Below, in pieces: positions 27,873-41,755 of a DNA stretch of 64,000 nucleotides. Numbering within the stretch: position 1 is the stretch's first letter; each line of letters begins with the position of its first letter. Under the pieces are notes generated by a model that did not search any database, was not told the origin of the DNA, and saw nothing but the letters and a program-made list of their open reading frames with translations. The position numbers were made by a program, and so were the translations under genes. The stretch lies in the NCBI RefSeq assembly GCF_009914755.1, contig NC_060935.1. The stretch is one strand, 5' to 3'. Source of the stretch: the human T2T-CHM13v2.0 reference genome, Homo sapiens.

Positions 27873-29749
27873 CTAAACAGAAGAGAGCCTATGATCAGAC
27901 AGGGAGCAAATGTATGCCAAGAAGAATTTGTTTTTCACTCCTGGTGGTGTGCTGGTACCCACACAGCCACCCACCTCTAACCTCATTCCAAATCTGCAAT
28001 CTGAGAAAATTCAGTTAAAATCCACCAAATCCCTTTTCTGAGATGCTAATAGCATACCGAAGACGTAACTTCATTGTGCATTTGCCTCGTCCCTGCTTCC
28101 ACCGAACTGTAGTTAATGGTTTTCTTTTCTCTTGACTTTTTTCCTTTTATTTTTTCTTTTAAACAAAGAACTAGAAGAAATAAGTTTGCTTCCTTTCTAG
28201 CACTGTACAATGTTGAGAGGTTTTGCCCTTTCACCTGCTTTGCATTCTGTGCTTTCTTTCAAAAACAGTATTTAGTATCCATGGTCAGAAAATAATGTCT
28301 AATTAATATATATTCTAAAAGCTGTATCTCCCCAGTTTAGGTATCTTATTTCAAAGCCTCATGCATTATGTTAAACATATAGCTCTTCAGATTTAAGGCT
28401 ACTACATCTTGGCTCCCAATTAAAGTAATACTCTTTGCCATACACACCTCGATGTAACATATAAATTGCTTGTCTGGCTAAGCAGTTTTACAGCTTTATG
28501 CACTACCATGTAGCTCAGTAATTATGGAGTTGTTTTCAGAGAACATTTCATAATAAATCCTACTATATCAAATTTCATTTGACCTCAATAAATGTATCAA
28601 AGAGCACAAAAAATGCAAAATAGAAAAATCTTTACTCTATATCAGTATTTGTATTCCATATAAAGAAAATAAGAGCTATGACAGAATCATGCTTGTGAAA
28701 ATTACATTTTAATTTCCTAGCTTCCTTCTTTACTCTATGCATGCTGCCCGGATTCCAGGATAGCATGACAGGAAGGTTTTGTCCTGGCTTTCAGGGCACA
28801 GTTTTATAGGTTGAATACAGGACTTTTCTTATTTAAAGATGAAAACTAAGATATACCAAAAGAAATTATCTTTAAGTTCAAACAGGGTATTTAGCCTTTT
28901 CACTGGTATAAAAGGGCTATATTATATCTTTTTTAAGATACAAACCTTTACCAGTAATTCTTCCAACCCCAAACCCTTCCCTGTCTAAATTCCTAAATCT
29001 TCTCTTTAGGCAAAATTCCATACACTGGCTAATGACCCTGTTTAATTAGCACTGACTTGCCTTGTCCTGTCCCTGTTCCCTTCATAGCCAGGGACACAGT
29101 GCAAAAAATGCTTCTGTGTAGGTCTAAGAGGTTTCGTTTACCAACAGTTTTTCTCTAGGGAAAGCCCTAAGATGTGGGTTAATAAAGGGCAAGCAAAAAA
29201 TAAACACTTTACAGGATTTTTCTGAATTCATTTCTCAAGAAAATCAACTTATAATAAAAAGGTCTTTGTGCAATTACTACCTTGCCAGTGGGGCATGAAA
29301 GAAACTAGCTTTGAGCAGCTATTTCTTCCATTTTAGCTGAGGTAAGCCCAAGTTTCGTACATTAGAGTACAAACTAAGCCTGCTTAAATTGGAGCTGATC
29401 CCCCAGTGCCCAGGTCTTGCCTTTAACCCTGAAGAAAAGCACCGGGTTTGCTGTTGAACTCTAGCTTGTTGTACCCTGATGCAAACCTGAGACATCAGAG
29501 ACGAGGGCACTATTCTATGCCAGAAAATAAAACACAATATTTTTATGGGTTACAATTGTTCAGTGCAAGAGTACATCAAAGGAAATAATTTCATTTGCCT
29601 CCAGAAATATGGCCCTAATATGTACCTAAAATATAGCACAGATGGCTTATACTCTAAAAAGGGAGAAAAAGAAAGTGAGGAGTTTGGATATTATATTTAT
29701 TTATTATTTCTTTCATTTCACAAACATTTATTATGTTGTTATTACTGAG

Positions 29750-30112
29750 AAGTAGCTGAAGATGTTTGAATATTTAGCTTGAGAGATAAAAGAGGTAAGG
29801 TTATCTTCAAATATTTGAAATAATAATGTATGGAAGAAGGATTGGATTAAGACTGAATGGTTAACAGAGGGCAGAACTAGGCTCAAAAGAAGAAATTTCA
29901 TGGAAATGAAATGCAAAGAAGAACTTTCTAGTAATAAACTATTCTATAGTCACTCTGAGTAAAGAGATGGTATATATCCTTTCCCTAGAGCTGGTCCAGT
30001 AAAGAAAGGCTGTATAACACCATATGTTAGAGATGTTTAAAGCAAATACGTAATGAAAAACCTGATTATATAATAACCTTTAGAGCCTTTCCAACTTTAT
30101 AATTCTATGATT
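29750..30112 (+). mobile_element. L3/CR1 LINE 3' end
   Basis: atcttcaaatatttgaa…ggaagaaggattgga…cagagggcagaactagg…gaagaactttcta…ccttttccaact…attctatgatt follows the L3 3' consensus. Confidence 0.7.
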
Positions 30113-31167
30113 GTTTAAAAGTCAACATTAATACGATAGTGTGATTACAGCCATTCCTTCATTCATTTATCATGCATTTATTTATCGAGGATTTACTAGG
30201 TGCCTCTAAAGGCCTTGTTGGCAAAAAGTCTGAACTCAAATCTATATGCTGCTATTTTCTTGACTGTGTAATCTTGAACAGTTACTTAATTGTTCTGAGT
30301 CTATTTCTTCATGTAAAAACTGAAGCTAATTATAATACCTTACACAATTATTGTGAGGACCAAATAGACAATAAAAGTATCTCTTGTGGCACAGTACCTG
30401 ACATAAAAGTAATGCAATGTCACAGTAAATCCTTGTTAGATCCGTGTTCCTTTCTTATATGGTTTGCATATTCAGGACTAGAAATTATCAAATTACTGAT
30501 AAAACAAGCAATAAAACAAGCAATAGTTGATCTTACTCATAACTCTACTTTAAGAAAGAAAACATGAGCCAACTAAATAATTCAGTTTGGCAGGCAGAGG
30601 CTTGTCATGCTTAGCAGACAACATGCCTCACAGAGCATTATCCCATCCCAAGTATCTAGAAAACCATGAGAAAGAAGAGGTGGGAATACATGCTCATTTG
30701 AACATGTATTTGGGGCTCTTTGGTGTTATTTATTTAGCAGCATCTTAGAATGAAAACATTATTTTTATATTGGTCGCCCAAGCTCTTCAGATCATGAGAC
30801 AACAGAAAAAGGTCAATAGCAATTAGAAACCAGAATTAATTCTTGAATCTCAGTGCCTTAAATTACTTCTTTTGTAACTTTCCATCTTCATGAGATAACT
30901 AACCAAACTCTCGGGTTCATTTTTAATGCCAAAGAGCTGTAGGTGTTTCATATTAAGATAAGCTGTAAGAATTTAGGTAAATTCATTTCTGTTCATCACA
31001 CTCTGCAAAGAAAGCTATGTTAGAAACTTCAAATACTAAATATTAGCCCAGAGGCTATTCAATAACTTGAGAGAAAAAGTAAATAAGGAGGAGGTCAAAG
31101 GACATTGTGAAAGCAAGAGTAATGACAGAAACATAGAGTTGGAATAGAACTTGGAAATGACCTAACC

Positions 31168-31300
31168 TAGTAGTTCTCAAAGTGTGGTACCAGACCAGCA
31201 GCATCAGCAATATCTGGGAACCTTTTAAAAAAGCAAATTCTTAAACTCTACCCCATACCTACTGAATCAGAAAACTCTGGAATTCAGTCCAACTAATTAA
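31168..31300 (+). mobile_element. MER5A, 3'-truncated
   Basis: tagttctcaaagtgtggtaccagaccagcagcatcagc…cctactgaatcagaaaactctgg. Confidence 0.85.
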
Positions 31301-31326
31301 ATTTTAGGCTAAAATTTAATTTAGGA

Positions 31327-31528
31327 CAGTGATCTCAAACTTTAGTGTGGATCACAGTCATTCACAGGGCTTGTTAAAACACAGATTGCTTCCTTCTCTC
31401 CCCCTGCTCCCCGTCAAGAGTCTTTGAATCAGTAGATCTGAGGTAGGGGTCTGACAGTGTACATTTCTAAAAAGTTCCCAGGTGAAGCTGGGGCTGCTGG
31501 TCCAGGGGTCATTCTTTGAGAATCACTA
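31327..31528 (-). mobile_element. MER5A, near full length, inverted relative to the adjacent copy; both sit inside an old MIR (~31130-31680)
   Basis: cagtgatctcaaactttagtgtg…gggcttgttaaaacacagattgc…aagttcccaggtgaagctg…ctttgagaatcact. Confidence 0.85.
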
Positions 31529-32164
31529 ATCTAATCCAAAGCTCACAATTTACACATAGGAAAACAGGTGGCTAGAGAAGGTAAAAGATATGAGCCTAAG
31601 GTTACAGTGTCATGACAGTGCTGGATCCAGAGTCCAGAACAGCTAATCACCCTGTCCAGGGCTTTTTCCATTACATCAGAGGGACTTCAGTGATAGAAAA
31701 GGGAGAAATCACTGGTTGCACTGTTTTGGCAAAGAAAACCTGGAAGTCTCCAGCTGAAAATAATTTTGTGTTTCAAAAGCATATTGCTGGAGTTTGGATA
31801 CTATGAATGCTGTTCAATTTTCAATAAATTCCTTCCTTCCTTTCTATTTTTATTTTATTTTATACAGAACACACTGATCTCAGTATCTACCATCATTAAT
31901 TGTGTAGTTTGTTACAATACATTGATTAGCAATGATCATTTTGTTCCAAGGGTTAAAATTGACTTAAACTTATTTTAAGTAAAACAATAAACTTATTTTA
32001 AGTAAAATGATGTAAAAACTCCAAGTGCCCTTTATTAAAGAGAAGCCAGAATATCCAGTAGCTAGTTAGACTCTAGCCTGAGAAAAGGTGATTAAAAGTT
32101 CTTCTTATGTCTAATTACATAAGTAATAATAGTAATGATGATGATAATGATGATGATGACCACA

Positions 32165-32400
32165 GCAGCTAATATTTTTTCTTGTTTTCTATATGTCAAA
32201 CACTGGAAAAGTGATTTACATACTCTATCTCATTTAATCCTCAAAACCCTGTAAGGTACTAACTACTACTATACTTATTTAATGAGAAAAACAAAACCAT
32301 GTGAGGTTAAGTAACATAACCAATTAAAAGTTATAGAGTCAGGACTCAAGTCCAGATATGTCAGGGTCAAAGTTCATACTTTTAATATCATATTACATTA
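32165..32400 (-). mobile_element. MIR
   Basis: atctcatttaatcctcaaaaccctgtaaggtact…gaggttaagtaac. Confidence 0.75.
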
Positions 32401-32630
32401 AGCATGAAGTCATCCTTTGAAAAACAGATCTAAGATAAGGAATATGATTATTGGTGATAATAATATAATTGTAGGTTTGCATGTGGTTGTAATAAAGAAT
32501 ACAGAGAGATCACATGGATCCTTAATCCAGTTTCCCCAAATGATAACATCTTGCAAAACTACAGTATGACAACACAACCAGAGTACTGACATTGATACAA
32601 TCCAACAATCTTATTCATAGTTACCTAGTG

Positions 32631-32969
32631 CAAGGGTCTCCAACCCCTGGGCTGTGGACCAGTACCAGGTTGTGGCCTGTTAGGAACTGGACCACATAGC
32701 AGGAGGTAAGCAGCGGGCAAGCAAGTATTACCGCCTGAGCTCTGCCTCCTGTCAGATCAGCTGTGGCATTAGATTCTCATAGGAGCACCAACTCTATTGT
32801 GAACTGTGTATGCGAGGGACCTAGCCATGCTCCTTATGAGAATCTAATGCTTGATGATCTGTGGTGGAAAAGTTTCATCCTGAAACCATCCCCCCTCCCC
32901 TACCCAGTCCATGCAAAAACTGTCTTCCATAAAACTGGTACCTGGTGCCAAAAAGGTTGGGGATGGCTG
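32631..32969 (+). mobile_element. MER1B (hAT-Charlie), adjoining an L1MC-like fragment (~32465-32622)
   Basis: caagggtctccaaccc…aaaaaggttggggatggctg, with 8-bp TSD acctagtg/ccctagtg and the internal inverted repeat gcattagattctcatagg/ccttatgagaatctaatgc. Confidence 0.9.
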
Positions 32970-33013
32970 CCCTAGTGTGTTAAAGGAATTGTGTCTTTAA
33001 AACAAGCAAAGGC

Positions 33014-33354
<341 letters not shown>

Positions 33355-36039
33355 CTATCAATATTTCTAAATGCCATCTTCTACAGAATGCTCATCAGTA
33401 TGACCCAATGCAAGTGATATTAGCAGAAAGTATAAATTAAAGCAACAACTTTTCCCTCTCATAGCTTTCCATGTATTATACTTACTAAAAGATTGTCGGT
33501 TGAATGTGGAACAGAAATGGAAAGCAAGAGCAAGGTAAGGGGAAAAGACAAGGAAAGAGGCTTGGTGGCCACCTAAGAATCACACAAACATCCAGGATAT
33601 TTTCCTTTTATGGAAGTTGTGTATTAAAGTCACTGCACTGAGTGCCAGTGCTTAGGGCAGATGAAGAATTCTGAAGATACAGAAAAGCCCCATCCCACTA
33701 TGAAGAATGTAATACTGCCTTTTCCCTACCTTCCCATCATCCCGTTTTCCCATTTGGTGACATGCCAGGAAAGGCAGTCACATTGGAAACAGCAACCCCC
33801 AAAAATATTTTACTAAGAATAAAAAATAATAGAACTCCCCTCACTCCATCAAAGACTGACCAGTCTCCACATGTCTTTTCCAAGAAGTTATCAAAATTTC
33901 AAATAGCATCTTTTTTTTCTTGAAAGTGTAACTTTCCCTAAACACAAATTCAGAGATTCTTTAATTATCCTATAGATGAAGAAGTAAAACTGATTTTGCT
34001 AGCACAAAGAGCAAAACTAGATGTGGCCAAAATATATCGCTGGGCATGAAAACTGTGTTATTTTTATTGCTTTGAAAGTAAGCACTATCTGGCTGGGTAT
34101 GTAATTTGAATGACTACCAAGTAACCGGAAACCCCATCACGGGTGAAGCTTAGTGTATCATGAAAGGAATAAACTACCCCAAAGCACAACTGTCCATTAA
34201 TTCTAAACTTATACAATCCCTAACCAAAGTGTTTCCCTTTTGGAGAGGGTGGGGAACATATTCTTGATCAAATAGGCTACATGCCCAGAAATTTTAATTG
34301 CTAGGGTATTCCTCACATCTTTCAGAGAATCAAGACAGCAGCAGATGTGTGTGAAACACTTAGGTTCTGTCTCTTCCAATTCATAAAACAGCATTGTTGC
34401 ATCAACACTTATCCCCTTTGTTTTCTCTGTGCTAAGTTGTTGATGATGCCATTTTTTGCCATCTGCCCCAGAGCTTCATTAAAGATACATGAATGGGCTA
34501 ACTGGCCTGATATCTTGTGAGGAACAGGTGCTATTGTTTGTCCCCGAAGACTTGCAGTAAAGATATGACTCTGAATACTTGAGAAAGAGCATCTGCAGCA
34601 ATCAGTCAGAGAGCAACTTGGCAGAGACCTGGCTATGTGCTAATATGCAAACAGAGTGACACTCAGGGGGCTCATTTTCTCTTTCATGAAGATTATTTAA
34701 CTTTTTTTAGTAATGGGAAATAAGTATTTGTATTGAAAATCATGTGCATATTAATGTCTATTACTGAGTTAAAGACAGTGCAAAAATGAGGGTTTTTAAA
34801 TACTTTATCTCTAGAAAATAATTCCTTATGTGATTTAATTGAAGAAAGCTTCTTAAACTGTTGAAAGAAATGTTTCCAATGTGTGTATACCATGACAGAG
34901 ATGGAGGAAAAGAGAGAAAATAGAGAGTTCAGAAAAAGTGATCTTGGGAGAGAGAGAAGGTGGGAGAGAGAGGTGCAAGAAGTGCAGTCAGAAACAGGGG
35001 ATGGGGATCAGTTTTCGAAATGACCATATTCATTTTTGCAAAGAATAGCTGACTCATTTGCATAAAGTATTACCACTGTAAAAGCTGCACCATCTAAAGC
35101 AAAAGAAATGAAGTCCCCAGAAAACTTAAAGGAAAAGCCTTCAAGGTCAGAAATGTGTCTTCTTATTGCCAAAAAGTGCATGGAAATCCACAGTACATGG
35201 ACTTATAGTTAATTCTGGAGGTTAGGAGGAAAAATATCTCACTTGACAGGATAAATTCATGCCTTAACAGAAACCCTTTTAGTCTCAAACTTTTTTGTTA
35301 AAATCTTTCCAAAATTTTAATACTCTGCTTCGCCCTTCCTTAGAAAGTGTAATGCAGTAGTCAACATACTGAACTTCTCTTTGTTGGCCACAGCCTTAAG
35401 TACTCAAAGAAGCCTTAAATTCTATGCTGTGTTCTTTGCTGTTCACTAATTCACAAATCATAAATCATCTCTCAGCAAGTAAGTTGACTGTCCCAAATGG
35501 CCTGTGCCATTTATATTTCTATATATCCTGTTGCTCTTATCACAGGCCTAAAAACACAGTAAGTATTTTGTATTAACTGATCAATGGCTGAGAGCCAACC
35601 AACTAGGACCTCAGATCTGGTCTTCTGACCACCAATTTTCATAGGGTAGAATTGTTAATGCAACTACAAAAAGTACTGAGCTGTAATCATTCTCATTCCA
35701 GAAGAGAACTTAAAACTGACTTTTAAATACATCTTGATATAATCTTGTTCTCTCTTCATTTGTCTTATTTAGCAAATCTGTGGCTGCTACAGCTAATGTA
35801 ATATATCAAATCCTGCTTCTAGAGAATCTAGCTAGCCCAACAGGAGAATACTAGAATCCTAGCAAGAGCAAATTTAGGACACACATTTTCTAGAGCATTT
35901 GAGAACAGAGTCCATTCTTCCCAGGTGTATTCCACCATCCAATGGATATACATTGTACAAACAATGTAACTGCATTCAGAAGAGGATCAATCTTTGCTTG
36001 CTTCTGTTTGTTTGTTTGTTATTTGTTATTGGCAGGTTA

Positions 36040-36243
36040 TTCTCTCTCCCCCCACCCCTTTCTCTCTCTCTCCTTCCCCTCTGTCTCTCTCTTCCCTCCC
36101 CCTCCTGCTCTCTCTCTTCTCTCTCTCTCTCTCACTCCCCCTCCTGCTCTCTCTCTTCTCTCTCTCTCTCTCACTCACTCCTCTCTCTCTCTCTCTCTGT
36201 CTCTCATAACTTCTCCTCTTCCCTCTTCCTCTTTCCTTTCTCA
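36040..36243. repeat. (CT)n / pyrimidine-rich low-complexity tract with an internal ~39-bp duplication
   Basis: About 200 nt almost entirely C/T; ccccctcctgctctctctcttctctctctctctctcactc occurs twice. Confidence 0.9.
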
Positions 36244-39200
36244 GGTCCCATCAAGATAAGATACAAAACACTTTGCCACCATTGTTAATATCCATCTCTA
36301 ATATAATGTAATGTCTTCCCAGGATTTGGCACACTATTCCTAGCACTCTTCAAAATTCTCATTAAAGGGCCAAGTAAACTCCTTAAAAAGTAGAACGAAC
36401 TCAAGATGTTATAGTTTAAAAGCATCCCTTTACAAACTCAGGATTGGGACTTCAAAGTCATATGTTTTAGTTAAAACATTAATAAAGAGCTAACTTCACA
36501 TATATATATATATATATATACACACACTTTTCTGCATAAATATACTTCAATGAAAAGTTGGTTTAAAGCAAAAGAAAAAAATAGCTCCAGAAAGTGAGTT
36601 CTCTTTTCTAATTTTGATTATTTAACATGCTAAACAAAATGCCTAAATTATTCACAGAATAAACGAAAAAGATTTATCTTGTCACTAGTTTTACTATGTC
36701 CTTGCCCAACTACCAAGAGTAAAACACGCAAACAAAGCAGTTTCATTTGCTGGGTTGGTGCTTTAAGATAACTATTTAAAATCTACTTCACAGTCTAGCA
36801 CTTTCCAACTCTCTTCCATAGTTACAGAGGAAAGAAATAATCTTTGTAAGTAAGAACACAATGACTCTATCAGGTCAACGGTACATGTTTTAAAAATCTT
36901 CTTCAGGTATATATTCTGAGAGAAATGTTAATAGCCCTGAAAGGGCCAATCCTTTCCTTTGTGTTAACATCTCTTTTTATATTCTCAGCATACTCTATAT
37001 ACTGAGCATACTCTCAGCATACTGTATGTACTCACTTTATTTGCATTTTTTAAAATGGACAAATATCTCATTAATCTACTAGGATCATATGTAGTCAAAA
37101 GTAATTACTTTATTTCTTATTCATTTGTACATGTTCTATTTAATATTGAATTTTCAGAGAAAAGAACATGGATTTAGCACTAACATAATCTTAATTCCTA
37201 GTATCTCTTACTTATTTGTCCCCTTATTCCATAAAATGAAGAGCTCAATACTTACACAAATAAAAAGTTAGTTTAGGCCTATTAGACTCATGAGAAACAT
37301 GCTACTCCAAAAGAGAAGGCAGTGTTGCTTGTCTTAATTCAACTCTTCAACAGCCATTTAGTGAGAACCTATCACTCTATACCTGGTTCTGTGCTGGGCA
37401 GTAGAAATATAAAAGTGCCTTAAAGACATCTATAGCCTTGTTTTTTCAGGTAGTGGTATTAGGTTTGTTCTCACTTACATATTAGTACAAATTATCCAGT
37501 TTTCAGCTTACTTTGGAATAAGGTCAACAGAGAAAGTTTTGCTTAAAAAGAAAACTAAAGTATAGCAAAAATTCCATTAAGTATCTTTCTCTACTCTATC
37601 TATGGTCTACACCCCAGAAAAAAATTGAGAGTATTTTTGAAAACATAAGTCAGATTTCTTTATAAAATGGATGATAAATGTTAATTAAATGTGTTTAAAT
37701 TATCTTACTATGTTTTAAGAAACTCTCACCAGGAGGGAAATAGAATATCCTGGCCATAAAGAAATTAATAAAACATGCTATGCAAAAGTAAAATGTATGA
37801 TTCATTTGGAATTAGATATCTACTACCTTTTCAATCCATACAAATGCATAATCTTGTCAATTAAATATTATTGTTAAGGTCTAGTAGTATGTTAAAATCA
37901 CTTTAAAGTGCAACTAAGGAAAATTCATGTGTGTTTATTACTCCTTAAGGATCTATTAGTGGGTATTTTATTCAGATTCGTGCTGTAAAATCTGCATAAA
38001 CTCAGCATATTGTTATCCCCATGTGTGCATTTGTTTGGTTAAGGCAGAACAGCAAATCTCAATTTTTGCAACTTCTGGAAAAGTCAAGAGAACTAAAACA
38101 GTCTTAATTTTAATAAGATACAAACAGTTATCACTACAGAAGTGAAGAGTTGACTATTATGCAAATAGTCACAGTTAGTGGTCACCAGGCCATCACAGAA
38201 GACTGAGCTAGTCAATTACTTTAGATATTTCCAAAGACTAGTGAAGATGAATGTTTCCTATTCCACCCTGTCTTATTTCCAGAGAAGTATGAAACATATT
38301 AGAGACTAATGATTGTCATTCCTAAATGGAAACCCCATTAAATACACAATGATCAAAGTGTTTTGCCAAGATAAAAATTATTTTTTTCAAATTTTGTATA
38401 AATGCCATTTAAATATGGTAATATTTGTGAATAATATGGCATTCCTTTCTTTGTAACAACCAAATTCAGATATAAACCGTTCATAAACTTTTGACCCACA
38501 ATGAAGGCAATCTGGCTTTCACCTCTGAAGTATTTTATGCAACCTTATTCTGTTAGCAATGACCAGAGTTCCATTATTAAATTCCTCATCCAGAAATGCA
38601 GGTTTACATCTTAAACTATAGGCCTTGTTAAAATTATGCACAAGTAACTTAAAGGCAAGGACTTTCTATCTCTCAAGGGCTCTGTAAAAGACTTTGCACA
38701 GAGTAGGGGCTCAACAAATATTTGCTATATAAATGAATTCAAGAACTTGTATTCTATGTTATTTAAAAACTAAGCCATAACAATTCTGATGGTTTTTTAA
38801 TCTGCTGAATCAAGTCAAAGTCCATTCATCATTTACAGTTCTTCAATGGAGGCAATAGTACAAATCTAGTCCAAACATATTTCCTTATAGTGATCTTTTC
38901 TTTTGGCCCTGCTGTGGTCTAACTTTAAAGTTCACCAGTTGGTAAGAAAATATAAAAATTGACTTTATTAATTTCAAGATTTTTTAATGGCTGAGTACTC
39001 CTAGTACATGTTGAAATTCCTCTATAGTATCATTTAGAGATGCCTCTAAGCTTCTTTAATATTTCATCATCATCAATTATAATCCTTACTGATAGAAATG
39101 ATAATTCTCACCCAAAGAGCCAAGAATACAGTTTACCAAAGTAATAATATTTTTAAAAATTGTTATATCACTGTGAGCTCATTATGCAATAATGAATGAA

Positions 39201-40120
39201 TGTCAGAAAAGCATTTAAGCATCAGCTATCATGGAGAGCAGAAGCAGTTTCATCACAAGCAAGAAGGCCTGAGAAACATAGTGTGGCAACTCTAACCAGG
39301 ACGTAAATAAGATGTCTAAGCTATTGACAGCTGGGGCTCAGCCATGGCAAATTGTCCCTCCTTGGAAGTATCAGTGAGAGACAGTACCTGTACATGTGAT
39401 TGGGGGGCAGGGAGATAAAGTAAGGCAATATTTATAAAAACTAGATACCAAGGAAAGGCATAAACAATAACTATAATCCCAAGTCAAGTAGTCTTCAGGT
39501 TTTCAATCTTTATCACAGTCTCGTCATTTTAGAGTACAAAGCTAATGACATGCACAGTAATGTCATTTTGGAGCATAACCTGCAACCCCTGACCTCCACT
39601 CCCAGCATGTGCATTACACACACACACATACTCCTACACCTGCTATCTCCCTTTAATGAACAAGGTGACGCTGAAGATGACTATAAGGATAAGCTAACAT
39701 GCTGATTTTTAAAAAGCAATTTAATTTTATACTTTTATTTAGTGCCATTTTCATAATAAATAACTTAGATACAAAAAAGAGATGTCGCTGTTAAAGAAGG
39801 TAAGGTCCATACTCCCTAGCCTAGGCTGCCTCTCCACAAGATGCTCTTAACATACCCCTGACTCCTCTTTGCCTACTACATTGTACCATGATGTTTCTCC
39901 ATTTGCTTTCAATAGTTTCTAAGTCTTTGTTCTTACCACATTTTCACCATATGGAATGATCTTTCCTCTCTTCTTTGCCTTCCCAAACCTGACCAATCTT
40001 TCAAGGTTCAGCCCAAATTAAACTCTTCCATGAAAATTCCCCAAACATAAATTTCCCTCTGTCAATATTTGCACTGCACATATTGTGTTGAATTATTTAA
40101 TGGTTTTCCCATGTGGATAC

Positions 40121-40897
40121 ATTAATTCATTTATTAAACAAATGTTTCTTTTAAGACCTGACACTATTGTAGGCATTGGGAATACAGTAGAAGACAATAT
40201 TCCCTACCATCATTTCTAAGAGAAGACAGACAACATACAAAAATACATATATATATGTACATTTGTATGTGTGTATGTACATGTGTGTATACACATATAC
40301 ACATGAACAAATACATACAGATATAATAAATGTAAGTTGATAATAGGAGTTTTAAAGGAAACTAGATAGAGTATGAAGAATGAAAGGCAGAAAGTTGGAG
40401 GTAGTAGGTAGAAGGTACAGAGGACTATCTTGGATAGGGATGGCCAAGGAAAGCGTCTCTGAAGAGATAACATCACACAGGGTTAAACGACCTGAGGAAA
40501 TGTTGCACAGAGCTAGAAGAGAGAAAAGCAACTCAGGCAGAGGGCATGTGAGTGCAAAGGTCAGAGCAGAATGAGCATAGAGAGTGGTAGGGGAAAGGCT
40601 AGAAAGACAGGTGGAGATCAGGTTATTTAGGGCCTTGTAGAGCACAGTAAGAAAATCGGAATTGTATTCTTAGTGTGATGGAAAGTCACTGAAGGGTTTT
40701 AAAAGGGAGTATTACCATGAGACCTATTTAAGTTTAGAAAGATCACTCTGGTTGCCATGAGGAAAACTGACTATAATAGGGCAAGAATGAACGCAGAGAG
40801 ACAAGTTTAGAAAATACCTCAGTAGGCCCAAAATGGGGATAATGGGACCAGTTTAGAAAACACCTCAGTAGACCCAAAATGGGGGTAATGGTGGCCT
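40121..40897 (-). mobile_element. L2 fragment with a (TA/TG/CA)n insert and a 46-bp tandem duplication
   Basis: attcatttattaaacaaatg…caggcagagggc…gggccttgtag…gatggaaagtcactgaagggtttt…gaaagatcactctggttgc is L2 in reverse orientation. Confidence 0.8.
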
Positions 40898-41755
40898 ATT
40901 TCCATCTTATATATCCTCTCCGCTCAAGTAGAAGGAAAACATCTTGCAAGTAGAAGCTTAGTATGCTACTAGGATGGTGCCTCCAAATATGTCAAAGAGT
41001 ATCTGATTGATTCATTCATTGATTGACTGACTAAAATATGATCTTTCTAGTGATTCCATATAAGATAGAAGCACATCATTTTCAAATACTTGTACTCATT
41101 AATTCCTATAGGGGAGAAGAGTCTAGGATATTATAATCTATTTGGATACTGATACATTACTGTGATTCTTTTCCCCAAATGTTATATCAAATAACATTTC
41201 AATGAAATTTCAATGAAATTTTAGGCATCAGAGCAGCTTACTGACAAAAACTAAAAATGTAAATTCTTAGTTCAGTCTCTGTGTAGGAAGTATAGGAATA
41301 TTTAAAATAATTCAAGTTACCTAACAAATTTTCTATGGAAAAAAATAAACTGTTCATAAAGATCATAAAAGTACAAAGATCGATATATACAAACTGGCTC
41401 AAACACTGGTTAAATAAAACTTGTCTTTTTCAGTTAGGGGGAGTTGAGACTAATGTCATCTTTGTGAAATAAAATGGGGATTTCCAAGGTATAGTCCAGT
41501 ACTGCAGTAATTCACTTCTCATGATACTCCTGCTGTTACAAAGAACAACAAGCCAATAACATTGTTTAGGACTAATAAGCAGCAACCCAATACAATCAAT
41601 AACTCAGTGCAATCACAGCTGAAAAAGAATACAAACTCAAGCCCAAAGAGAAGTGGAAGGATGGTGGTTCACTCAGGTCAAGAGACAGAAATACTCAGAA
41701 TTCAAAATGGGAAATGTATACATTGAAACTTTCACATGTTCTTAAAGAAATCATA

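Noticed and set aside
32766-32850. Long inverted repeat gcattagattctcatagg / ccttatgagaatctaatgc
   Set aside because: An intrinsic internal palindrome of MER1-family elements, not specific to this locus.
35899-36288. Three overlapping S/L-rich ORFs
   Set aside because: Translations of the stop-free (CT)n tract.
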